Below, in pieces: positions 1 through 8,743 of a stretch of DNA of 64,000 nt. The notes below the pieces were generated by a model, which did no database searches, was not told the DNA's origin, and saw only the letters and a program-made list of their open reading frames with translations. Numbering within the stretch: position 1 is the first letter of the stretch; each line of letters begins with the position of its first letter. The translations under genes were made by a program, and so were the position numbers. This DNA is from an uncultured Lachnospiraceae bacterium. Lineage in GTDB: Bacteria > Bacillota > Clostridia > Lachnospirales > Lachnospiraceae. The stretch covers positions 46,869 to 110,868 of the forward strand of contig CADAIL010000007.1 of NCBI GenBank assembly GCA_902788035.1, in the 5' to 3' direction.

Positions 1-2108
1 CAAAGCACTGCTTTATAGAACGTGTGATTTCTGGATACATCTGCAAAAGGACTCTTTGCCGCGGTCTTAGGAGCAGGTTTACCTGCATATCTCCACAGTA
101 ACATCATCGCCTGTCCTCTCGTACACGGCAGGTTCAGACCGAAACTTCCGTCCTCAAAACCCTTCGCGATTCCTCTCCATGAAGCCCAGTAGACCGCCAA
201 ATAATATGGGTGCGTCGAATCCTGCACATCTGAAAACCGCCGCGCGTCTCCGATATTGCCACCCGGCATCTGCGTTAACGAGCAAGAAAGGAAGAACTGC
301 TCGGCAGAGGATTCACCTCTCACTCCCGTCAGAAGTGCCTTTCCCTGTGAAATTTCGGTGCCGGATAGCAGTACTTTTCCGTTAAACGCATTGATGAATG
401 TATATGTTCGGTTCGAATTCTCTTCTATCTTCCAAAGCTGTTCCTGACCGTCACCAGGTATACAAAGCACCACCTTGTCAGAATCTTTATCGGCAGAAAC
501 AGCGAGCATGCTGTCTGTCGACAGGATCCGGTACAGATTATCGTTTACAGGTTCGAATCTAAAATCATTCAGTTCGCGTCTTCCGTTCCCGTTCCACATG
601 ACAATGCCGGATCCGGAGTATCTCCCCTGAGAGTGAACATTAAAGCCACAATTTAGCGATGCGTATATCCAATAATTTCTGTCATTCCTCACTTTCCCGT
701 CATACGAGATCACCGGGTTCTTTTTTCTTTTTTCTGCCTCTCGTATAACTTTCTCAGGTAAAATATTCGAGGAACTGATGGCCCTGACCCATGGGCTTAG
801 TCCGGCAATCTGGGATATATTCTTTACCGTAGTGTTTAACGGTATGCTGTGAAATCTGCAGGTACGCTCGACTGCCTCCGTAATAAGCCACTCATGCACG
901 TAGATGAACATTTTACCGTTGATCAGCTTCTTCAGTTTCTCCGCCCTCTGGACATATCCCTCCTCCGGCTCAAAGACTATATATGTGTAGTTCGAATCCG
1001 GATCCTTTTGGGCCAATGCCTTCAGGGTCTTGGTATCATTCGACAAGTATGTTGCCTTGCCCTGCAGACCGTGCTTTTCGATCAGTGCATAGATGCTGTC
1101 AATCATTTTCTCCGTCACCTGCCGATCCCACTTGATATCAAGGTTCGGCCGAAGTCCGCTCTTTGCGCATATCTTAAGTGCGCTGTCCAGTGTCGGAGCC
1201 TTCTCCCCTTTCCACATCTGTCCCCTGCGTATACCAAAGTCATAAGTCTGCAGCTCCGCGTATGTCAGGTTCCTGACATAAATCGGATTCTCAATCAGCT
1301 TTCCATCTGTTGTTCTGCCGTAATTGTTAATCGCTTCATCGTGAAGGAGAACCGGAACTCCGTCTTTCGTAAAACGAATATCGAATTCCACTTCACGAAA
1401 TCCGACTGCCGCAGCCATACGTATCGAAGAGAGGGTATTTTCGGGAGCCGATTCGAAATATCCCATATGCGCGATAATTGCTAAATTAGAAGAAACGCGT
1501 ACCGGCTCGGTTATTTTTGCGCAGACCACATTTCCATTCACCGTGAGCGCACATTTATCTTTCAACTTCATCCTCTGCAGAAGATTGGCGGCCTTCTGCT
1601 TAGCATCTGTCAGATTCCCGCTGCCTTCTAGCGAAAAATTCCGATTGCCGCCATCAAGCCAGACGATTCGCAATACATATCCGGTTGCACCTGTTAATTC
1701 CTCATCGTCAGCCTGGGACACGTCTCCCCCATGCGTATCGACAACCGGATCAGCTGCACTCTCACATGGAGCAGCCACATCATCTTCTTCCGGCATATCT
1801 ACCTGTCCGGCATTCTCAATGATGGAACCGTCATCCGGTTTTACTCCCCACTTTTCCATCTCGGCTTCATCATCGGGCAAATATTCCGTATCCAGCGACT
1901 CTGTCACATTATCATTCTTTACCGTTCTATCCTCATTTGGTTCCGGCTCATACGCTTCCATATCCGGCACATCAGCAGCCTGTTCGACTATAACCTCTTC
2001 TTCCGAAGCCGGCTTATACATCTCTTCGGCATAAACGCCTGTAACACTTCCGACAAGTACATTGCCAACAAGAAAAAGCAACAATAATAAACTTATGGAT
2101 TTTTTCAA
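1..2108 (-). CDS. Secreted glycerophosphodiester phosphodiesterase (GDPD)-like / ricin-B-like / SLH protein, 3'-truncated by the window edge (paralog B)
   Basis: Not in the ORF track because it has no stop inside the window. Manual translation from TTG at 2108 (GAGGAG upstream) is open to position 1: signal peptide LKKSISLLLLLFLVG, acidic linker, IIAHMGYFESAPENTLSSIRMAAAVGFREVEFDIRFTKDG..HD, then SLH motif DVQDSTHPYYLAVYWASWRGIAKGFEDGSFG. Collinear with 5702..8035. Confidence 0.9.
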   Translation of the reverse strand, partial: MKKSISLLLLLFLVGNVLVGSVTGVYAEEMYKPASEEEVIVEQAADVPDMEAYEPEPNEDRTVKNDNVTESLDTEYLPDDEAEMEKWGVKPDDGSIIENAGQVDMPEEDDVAAPCESAADPVVDTHGGDVSQADDEELTGATGYVLRIVWLDGGNRNFSLEGSGNLTDAKQKAANLLQRMKLKDKCALTVNGNVVCAKITEPVRVSSNLAIIAHMGYFESAPENTLSSIRMAAAVGFREVEFDIRFTKDGVPVLLHDEAINNYGRTTDGKLIENPIYVRNLTYAELQTYDFGIRRGQMWKGEKAPTLDSALKICAKSGLRPNLDIKWDRQVTEKMIDSIYALIEKHGLQGKATYLSNDTKTLKALAQKDPDSNYTYIVFEPEEGYVQRAEKLKKLINGKMFIYVHEWLITEAVERTCRFHSIPLNTTVKNISQIAGLSPWVRAISSSNILPEKVIREAEKRKKNPVISYDGKVRNDRNYWIYASLNCGFNVHSQGRYSGSGIVMWNGNGRRELNDFRFEPVNDNLYRILSTDSMLAVSADKDSDKVVLCIPGDGQEQLWKIEENSNRTYTFINAFNGKVLLSGTEISQGKALLTGVRGESSAEQFFLSCSLTQMPGGNIGDARRFSDVQDSTHPYYLAVYWASWRGIAKGFEDGSFGLNLPCTRGQAMMLLWRYAGKPAPKTAAKSPFADVSRNHTFYKAVL

Positions 2109-2322
2109 AACACAATTCTCTCCTCAGATAGTTTTTACAAAAACGATTCTCGTGCAGGAAGACAGCAGCCACAGGTACTGTCAAAGAACCGGACTGCTGC
2201 TCATTGGTTTCTGATATATGCTATTATTATGAGATGGAACCAATTGACTGCAGTTGCAGTGCCAACGACTTGCGTTGAAAAAGGATCTCAGTCTGTAAAG
2301 AATAGATGTTAGATGGGCATAG

Positions 2323-2496
2323 TCAGGAATATCGTCCTGCGTTTCGGCCTGACTGACTGTCAAAGCGCATATCTCTTACGATATTCAGCACAGACATAAG
2401 CTGCTCGGAATCAAGTTTCTTTAATTCGGCGATGATTTCTGTCATTTCTTTTTCAGTATTCCCCGGATCGGTCATATATGTATTATCGGTTTCCAC
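2323..2496 (-). CDS. Small hypothetical helical protein (57 aa), divergent from the XRE gene
   Basis: Strong RBS (TAGGAGGGG) before a GTG at 2496 within ORF 2323..2568; METDNTYMTDPGNTEKEMTEIIAELKKLDSEQLMSVLNIVRDMRF. Confidence 0.5.
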   Translation of the reverse strand: METDNTYMTDPGNTEKEMTEIIAELKKLDSEQLMSVLNIVRDMRFDSQSGRNAGRYS

Positions 2497-2880
2497 CTGT
2501 CCCCTCCTAAGCGTGTCCCAAATCCTGCTCATGCAGCTTCGATATGAAGTTGATATCCTTTGATGCAAACATATTCCTGCACATTCTCCGCAATTTTGCA
2601 GGTCTTACAGAGAACAGGATAACTTAATACCAATTTAACATATATAATAGTTAACTCAGTTTACTTTGTCAATAAAATCGTGCCTCATTTCTCTTTCTGA
2701 ATATTGCTAAAAGATTCTAGTTATGGTAACGTAACACTAATATGGAATAAAATGTCCGAAGAACTAATTGACCAAACGAGCCGCAGACTGTTCCATCTCA
2801 CCGCCGCTTCATATGAAGACACAAGAATATAGTTGGATAAAAAAAGACCTCGGAACCGACACAATTCGGCCCGGAGTTCC

Positions 2881-2968
2881 CGCGAAGATGCGCTAGGATC
2901 CTGTTTGTTATTATGTCAGCTGCCGCTGATCCGGATTCCGCGCGAGGTCCCGCGAGCGGGACCTGAAT
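2881..2968 (+). repeat. Intergenic repeat family B copy (REP-like hairpin)
   Basis: GATGCGC..GGAT..TTATGTCAGCTG.CGCTGA.CC..AT.CCGCGC.AGGTCCCGCGAGCGGGACCTGAAT aligns with the reverse complement of 36002..36089. Confidence 0.75.
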
Positions 2969-2993
2969 GACATGTTTCAGACAGGAGGCTTAA

Positions 2994-3386
2994 ATGAAGC
3001 CCGGAGACAGAGTAAAAAAAATAAGAAAAGAAGCCGGTCTCACGCAGGAAAAATTCGGAGAACGGCTCGGTGTCAGTAAAGTGGCAATCTCAAAAATCGA
3101 AAGTAAGGTAAACTCTCTGAGCGACCAGATGTGCCGATCGATCTGCAGAGAGTTCAACATCAATAAAGAATGGCTGCTGACCGGCGAGGGAGAGATGCAC
3201 ACCCGTCGCAGCACGGATCTGATTATGCGGCTGAGTGACGAATACGGGCTTGATTCGCTGGAGATAGCCATCCTGCGGGAATATGTTCAGCTGGCTCCTG
3301 AGACAAAGAAGAGGTTCAGAGCGTATTTAACAGCTATCAGCGAGCGATTAACAACCGCTGACGAAGATGAGCGGGAGAACTCCTGA
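2994..3386 (+). CDS. XRE/Cro-CI family helix-turn-helix transcriptional regulator
   Basis: RVKKIRKEAGLTQEKFGERLGVSKVAISKIE...FNINKEWLLTGEGEM is a typical HTH_3 signature; RBS AGGAGG. Confidence 0.9.
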   Translation: MKPGDRVKKIRKEAGLTQEKFGERLGVSKVAISKIESKVNSLSDQMCRSICREFNINKEWLLTGEGEMHTRRSTDLIMRLSDEYGLDSLEIAILREYVQLAPETKKRFRAYLTAISERLTTADEDERENS

Positions 3387-3531
3387 TCATCTCATCGACA
3401 GGGAACCGGTATTCACGCTCGACGACCAGTCGCGGATGTTCCTCTGTGGTAATCGCATAGATGCAGATACCTTCCGGCGTCAGATCATGCGTCTTTATCT
3501 TGAGCTTATCTTCGGAATTGCGGGTGCAGAA
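3385..3531 (-). pseudogene. Orphan internal fragment (49 codons) of the NUDIX hydrolase gene
   Basis: Translates FCTRNSEDKLKIKTHDLTPEGICIYAITTEEHPRLVVEREYRFPVDEMI, identical to 8477..8623; no start, RBS or flanking gene parts. Confidence 0.9.
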
Positions 3532-3553
3532 TTAGTACGAATTGTATAAAAAT

Positions 3554-3625
3554 TCCTCGATAGCTCAATGGTAGAGCACTCGGCTGTTAACCGAGTTGTT
3601 GTAGGTTCGAGTCCGGCTGCCGGCA
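3554..3625 (+). tRNA. Chimeric/pseudo tRNA-Asn(GTT): Asn 5' half, foreign 3' T-stem and acceptor strand
   Basis: TCCTCGATAGCTCAATGGTAGAGCA-CTCGG-CTGTTAA-CCGAG-TTGTT-GTAGG-TTCGAGT-CCGGC-TGCCGGCA. D and anticodon arms are normal; acceptor TCCTCGA/TGCCGGC pairs at only 3 of 7 positions. Confidence 0.8.
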
Positions 3626-3633
3626 GTAAGCAA

Positions 3634-3680
3634 AATCCCCGATCTTGCTGAATTAATCAGCAGGATCGGGGATTCTTTTT
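3634..3680 (+). terminator. Intrinsic terminator (likely bidirectional)
   Basis: ATCCCCGATCTTGCTG-AATTAAT-CAGCAGGATCGGGGAT followed by TCTTTTT. Confidence 0.8.
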
Positions 3681-3709
3681 ATCTTTATCCGTAGCCAGCT
3701 TTCACTATA

Positions 3710-5473
3710 TTAACCCAGCTTCAGCTGCGCTACCATCCTTTTCGCAATCAGTTCCATACCATTATTATTCGGATGACTCAGGCTGCCTCCCTCAGCAATT
3801 CGAGTCGTCCCGTCATTGTATGTCACGATTGTGCCGGCAGGCGGCATTGTAGCTGCAGAACAAATATTCTCGATTGATACAAAATCGCATCCGTTCTCTT
3901 TACACGCACGAATATAATCGCTTATAACAGTCGGCCTGTAATACCATGTTCCGACACAGATTACGCGGGCTTTCGGGCAATCCGCCTTTATCTGCGCAAG
4001 AAGGTGCCTGATATTGTTCCCGAAGGCGGCTTTCTTTTCATTATTGTTCACATTATCTCCGAGTTGGATGATAATCAAATCGAGGTCTTCCTTAAAAAGG
4101 TATCTCTTAGCCGCGTACCACCTTGCTGCTGTATCCAGATCCGTACTTCCTTCAAAGGCCGTTCCCGACAATTTAGTAAAAACTGCAGTTGGATTTTTCT
4201 TAAGAATTGCGCTGGTAACGTAATAATAATAATCGTGTCTGCTGTCAGTGGCACACATACCGAAACGACCGCCTTTTTCCGCTGAACCAAGTCCCTGCAG
4301 CAGACTGTTTCCGATGAACAGAGTCTTTCCCGGAACGGTGGGAACAGAAATTGTCGTCCTGTCTGCTGTCAATATCGTCACATAGCTGCCGTTCTTCTTT
4401 TTGACTACAGGCGAACTGATATTTACAATCTTCCCGTTCTGCTTCGTGACGGTATAGAAATTATTCAAATAGTGTCTATATAAAAATGTAGCGATCTGTC
4501 CGCGTGTGCAGAACAGGCTTGTACCGAAAGTACCATCTGAAAATCCTTTTGTAACGCCTGCACTGCTGCCCCAGCAGACAGCTTGATAATACGGATGCGA
4601 GGCAGATATATCCTTAAAAGGCGACACTTTCGGAACTTTGATATCCGGCTTGCCGGCGACTCTCCACAGGAACATCATGGCGTGTCCGCGCGTGCAGTTC
4701 CTGTTAATGCCGAATGTTCCGTCAGCATATCCTTTGGCAATTCCGTTTTGATAAGCCCACAAAATCGCTTTGTAAAATGCGTGTGTCATCGGAACATCGG
4801 GAAAAGGACTTTTTCTGACATATTTGGGTGCCGGTTTTCCCATGGTTCTCCAAAGGAACATCATTGCTTCGCCGCGCGTGCAGTTGCTGTCGCTCCGAAA
4901 AGCTCCATCACTGTATCCTTTGGCAATCCCGTTGTTCCCGGCCCAGCAGATTGCCTGATAATAGGCGTGCTTAGCATCCTGAACATCCGGGAACGGGCTG
5001 TACGGACCTTTGGTCCACTGTACCCCGACTTTGCTTGGATCATCGTAATATGCCGCTTCCTCTCCCGCAAGGACCGTCGGGTCCTCTACGGTTTCCGAGC
5101 CATCCGTTTCTCCGACCGGTTGCATTTCCCGGTTTTCTTCCAAGGTATTGTCAGCTATCGAATCCGGATCTTCAACAATAGCGCTTTCTGCATCCGGTGT
5201 ATCATCATCTATCAAAGTCGGATCTTCAGCGATCACTTCTTCGCTTTCCGCCGCATTTTCAAAGGCCGAATCCGGGTCATCAGCAATCACATCTTCGGCT
5301 TCTGACACATTTTCAATCATCAGATCAGACTCCCCGGCAATAATTATCTCCGGATCTTCCGCCATGATTTCCGTAAAAGAGTCGACCGCTTGAACCGGGC
5401 AGGCGGTCGAAACTGCCAGCGATAAAGCAGTCAATATCGGCACAATGTGCCCGCGCATGGATTTTATATTCAT
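3710..5473 (-). CDS. Secreted SLH-domain protein with C-terminal SGNH/GDSL-like hydrolase domain
   Basis: Signal peptide, acidic EDP-rich linker, three SLH repeats (DV...H.YY.AI.WA...GI.KGY.DG.F), then LFIGNSL, IIQLGDN and SHPNNNG blocks. Confidence 0.8.
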   Translation of the reverse strand: MNIKSMRGHIVPILTALSLAVSTACPVQAVDSFTEIMAEDPEIIIAGESDLMIENVSEAEDVIADDPDSAFENAAESEEVIAEDPTLIDDDTPDAESAIVEDPDSIADNTLEENREMQPVGETDGSETVEDPTVLAGEEAAYYDDPSKVGVQWTKGPYSPFPDVQDAKHAYYQAICWAGNNGIAKGYSDGAFRSDSNCTRGEAMMFLWRTMGKPAPKYVRKSPFPDVPMTHAFYKAILWAYQNGIAKGYADGTFGINRNCTRGHAMMFLWRVAGKPDIKVPKVSPFKDISASHPYYQAVCWGSSAGVTKGFSDGTFGTSLFCTRGQIATFLYRHYLNNFYTVTKQNGKIVNISSPVVKKKNGSYVTILTADRTTISVPTVPGKTLFIGNSLLQGLGSAEKGGRFGMCATDSRHDYYYYVTSAILKKNPTAVFTKLSGTAFEGSTDLDTAARWYAAKRYLFKEDLDLIIIQLGDNVNNNEKKAAFGNNIRHLLAQIKADCPKARVICVGTWYYRPTVISDYIRACKENGCDFVSIENICSAATMPPAGTIVTYNDGTTRIAEGGSLSHPNNNGMELIAKRMVAQLKLG

Positions 5474-5701
5474 AAATACCTCTGTACTTTTTTATACCTG
5501 TACTGGTCAAAAAAATAATATCTACTCCAATTTAAAATGTCAATACACATCACCATATACAATTCCTTACCGAGCCGTCTCTCTCACTCTCAGCAAATGC
5601 CGGATTTCCGCAAATATTTCACTAATTAATTCTACCCCAATAATAGCATCAGGGGCTATCACTCCAACGGTGTACAGCCCCTGATGTATTCATCTCAATA
5701 T

Positions 5702-8035
5702 TTACTTCGCCCGGTAAAGGAAGGTTACAATAGCGCCTCTTGTGCAGTTCTCATCGATACCGAACGTTCCTTTCTTAGCGCCCGATGTATAGCCTGTCGT
5801 TATCTTCTGCTGATAGCCCCAGAGAATCGCTTTGTAGAAGACGTGACTCTTCGGCACATCCTTGAATAGAGCGGTTGTGACCGCCTTCGGTGCCGGTTTC
5901 CCTTTTAACCTCCAGAGGAACATCATGAGCTCACCGCGGCTTACATTGCTGTCGATGCCGAATGTTCCGTCCGGATATCCCTTTGTGATGCCATTCTGAG
6001 AGGCCCAGAGAATCGCTTTGTAAAATACATGGGTCTTTGAAACATCCTTGAACGGACTCTTTGATACTGCTTCCGGAGCAGGTTTCCCCGCACATCTCCA
6101 CAGGACCATCATCGCCTGTCCTCTCGTACACGGTGCTTTCAGACCGAAACTTCCGTCTTCGAAACCCTTCGTGACTCCTCTCCATGTAGCCCAGTACACC
6201 GCTCTGTAATAGGGATGGTTCGGATCCTGCACATCCGAATACCTGCGCGTATCTCCCACCTTACCGCCCGGCATCTCAGTCAAAGAGAGCGACAGGAAAA
6301 ATTCTTCTGTTGATGATTGATCCTGTTCGGCAACTACAAGGGAATCCCCCTGTGCTATTCCGGTGTTTGCGCGAAGCGATCTTCCGTCAAAAGCATTGAT
6401 AAATGTATATGTCCTGTTCGTATTCTGCTGTATCAGCCACAACTGACGCGGCTCATCATCTGAAGGCAGACTAAGTACGACCTCATCGGAGGTCTCATTT
6501 GTTGAAAGGGCAAGCATGCTGTCTGTCGATGTGATTCGATACAGTCCTTCATATACCTGCTCGAACCTGAAATCATTCAGTTCTTCCCTTCCGCTGCCAT
6601 CCCACATAAGAACCCGAGATCCCACAGAATCGGATTCTATGTGAGCACAGAAACCACAATTTCGCGATGCGTATATGCGATAATTCCTGTCGGTTCTGAC
6701 TTCGCCGTCATAAGAAATTACCGGGTTCTTTTCTCTCTTTTCTGCTTCTTTGATAACTTTCTCCGGAAGCATGTAAGATACACTGATAGCTTTGACCCAC
6801 TTGTCAAGTTTTGCAATATGATCTGTCCTGTCCACAACTGTACTCAGCGGTATACTGTGAAATCTGCAGGTGCGCTCGACAGCTTCCGATATACTCCGTT
6901 CATGTACATAGATAAACAGTTTGCCGTTTATCAATTTCTTAAGTCGTTCTGCCTCCTCTATATATCCTTCCCTCGTACTAAATGCAATATATGTATAGTT
7001 CGAATCCGGGTCCATCTGGGCGAGAACGGTTAAATACCTCGCTATGTTCGACAGATATGTTACGCTGCCCTGAAGATTGTATTTTTCAACCAGTGACCAG
7101 ATGCTGCATATCATTTCCTCCGTCATTCGTCCATCGCTCTTGATATCCAGGTTCGGCCTAAGTCCGCTCTCCGCGCAGATCTTGAGAGCACTGTCTAACG
7201 TAGCTGCCTTCTCTCCTTTCCATATCTGCCCCTTGCGAATGCCGAAATCATATGCCTCCAGCTCAGTATACGTCAAATCCCTGATATAAATCGAATCCTG
7301 GATGACGTTTCCGTCTGTTGTTCTTCCATAATTGTTGATTGTCTCATCATGTGAAATCACCGGAATTCCGTCTTTTGTAAAACGTATATCAAACTCCACT
7401 TCACTAAATCCGACCGCAGCTGCCATTCGAATTGAAGAGAGCGTGTTTTCCGGAACAGCGCTGCAGTATCCCATATGAGCTATGACCGTGATTTTAGATG
7501 AGGCACGTGTCGGCTTTTTGATTTCAGCACAGATTGTATTTCCTCTCACTGTAAGAGTGCATCTGTCTATCAGCTTCAGCTTCCGCAGAATACTCCCGGC
7601 TTGCTGTTTCGCCTCTGTCATGTTCCCGCAATCATTGAGCGAAAACTCCCGGCTCCCCCCATCCAGCCAGACAATCTCGAGCGCATATCCGGAAGAACCG
7701 GATAATCCTTCATCTTCAGGCTGTTGTATATCTTCTGTGTAACTGTTATCAGTGAAATCATCGAAAATCTCGACGTACTGCTCATCAACATCTTCTTCAG
7801 CAGAATCAATTATTTCCGCATCTTCTGTGATGAGCGTCTCATCAGGAAGAGAATCAGCGTCATTCTCCAAGACTTCCTCTGCTTCTGTATCCGGAACTTC
7901 CGCAGCTTCCTCCGTCACGAACATTTCCTCATAAGATGTTCCTGATATCTCCTCCGCATAAATCTCACCGATACCGCAGATGAAGACACTACATACAATT
8001 AAGTGCACCAGCATAAATTTAGCATACATCTTCAT
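5702..8035 (-). CDS. Secreted GDPD-like / ricin-B-like / triple-SLH protein (paralog A)
   Basis: VIAHMG..PENTL...EVEFDIRFTKDG..ISHD (GDPD), YRITSTDSMLAL/QLWLIQQN (beta-trefoil-like), three C-terminal SLH repeats. Confidence 0.85.
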   Translation of the reverse strand: MKMYAKFMLVHLIVCSVFICGIGEIYAEEISGTSYEEMFVTEEAAEVPDTEAEEVLENDADSLPDETLITEDAEIIDSAEEDVDEQYVEIFDDFTDNSYTEDIQQPEDEGLSGSSGYALEIVWLDGGSREFSLNDCGNMTEAKQQAGSILRKLKLIDRCTLTVRGNTICAEIKKPTRASSKITVIAHMGYCSAVPENTLSSIRMAAAVGFSEVEFDIRFTKDGIPVISHDETINNYGRTTDGNVIQDSIYIRDLTYTELEAYDFGIRKGQIWKGEKAATLDSALKICAESGLRPNLDIKSDGRMTEEMICSIWSLVEKYNLQGSVTYLSNIARYLTVLAQMDPDSNYTYIAFSTREGYIEEAERLKKLINGKLFIYVHERSISEAVERTCRFHSIPLSTVVDRTDHIAKLDKWVKAISVSYMLPEKVIKEAEKREKNPVISYDGEVRTDRNYRIYASRNCGFCAHIESDSVGSRVLMWDGSGREELNDFRFEQVYEGLYRITSTDSMLALSTNETSDEVVLSLPSDDEPRQLWLIQQNTNRTYTFINAFDGRSLRANTGIAQGDSLVVAEQDQSSTEEFFLSLSLTEMPGGKVGDTRRYSDVQDPNHPYYRAVYWATWRGVTKGFEDGSFGLKAPCTRGQAMMVLWRCAGKPAPEAVSKSPFKDVSKTHVFYKAILWASQNGITKGYPDGTFGIDSNVSRGELMMFLWRLKGKPAPKAVTTALFKDVPKSHVFYKAILWGYQQKITTGYTSGAKKGTFGIDENCTRGAIVTFLYRAK

Positions 8036-8082
8036 AACTTAATCTCACCCCTCACTGATCTTTAGCTATAACTATTTACTAC

Positions 8083-8109
8083 TTCAAGTCTCGCGAGCGA
8101 GACTTGAAT
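8083..8109. repeat. Family B core hairpin
   Basis: TTCAAGTCTCGC-GA-GCGAGACTTGAA, 12-bp perfect stem just after the NUDIX stop codon. Confidence 0.75.
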
Positions 8110-8110
8110 C

Positions 8111-8743
8111 TCACCTGCATTCAAGGAAGCGGAACGGATCATCATCCGGCATCGCAAGGAACTGCATCATCAAAAACGCGGCTCTGAGTGAGAGTTTCTC
8201 CTCCGCCAGGATTCTTCTAACCTCCGCCTTATCGGCAAGAATGACCTCTATCCACTCCGTCGATTCGAGCTCTCGACCCACATTGGCCATCACGCGGCCG
8301 AACACTGCGCTGCCCGGCTCATCAGTAAATCCCGGCGCAAGGAAGAAGGGTCTCCTACAGAAAGCCTCACCCCCGGTATACTCTGTGAACTCGAATCCTG
8401 TCTCCTCCCTCATCTCACGCCTTGCTGCCTCGCCCGGTGTCTCACCCGGATCTATAAGGCCGGCGGGGAGCTGATAAATCATCTCATCGACCGGAAACCT
8501 GTATTCACGCTCGACGACCAGCCGGGGATGCTCCTCAGTTGTGATTGCGTATATGCAGATTCCTTCCGGCGTCAGATCATGTGTCTTTATCTTGAGCTTG
8601 TCCTCTGAATTGCGGGTACAGAAAAAGTAATCTCTCGGATTCCCTTCACGGTCCTCAAAACCGAGATGATACATATTGAGAAACCGGTTGTCTGTCTGAC
8701 GCTCGACATATTTAATGTGGCTTTTTCTACTCATCTTATTCAT
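8111..8743 (-). CDS. NUDIX hydrolase (ADP-ribose pyrophosphatase-like)
   Basis: Nudix box LPAGLIDPGETPGEAARREMREETG; REYRFPV motif. Confidence 0.9.
   Translation of the reverse strand: MNKMSRKSHIKYVERQTDNRFLNMYHLGFEDREGNPRDYFFCTRNSEDKLKIKTHDLTPEGICIYAITTEEHPRLVVEREYRFPVDEMIYQLPAGLIDPGETPGEAARREMREETGFEFTEYTGGEAFCRRPFFLAPGFTDEPGSAVFGRVMANVGRELESTEWIEVILADKAEVRRILAEEKLSLRAAFLMMQFLAMPDDDPFRFLECR

Noticed and set aside
2181-2363. 60-aa minus-strand ORF and the 26-aa ORF at ~2752..2832
   Set aside because: No convincing RBS or motif; likely spurious.
3554-3625. Ordinary functional tRNA-Asn
   Set aside because: The acceptor stem pairs at only 3/7 positions and the T-stem is mismatched; reported as a chimera instead.
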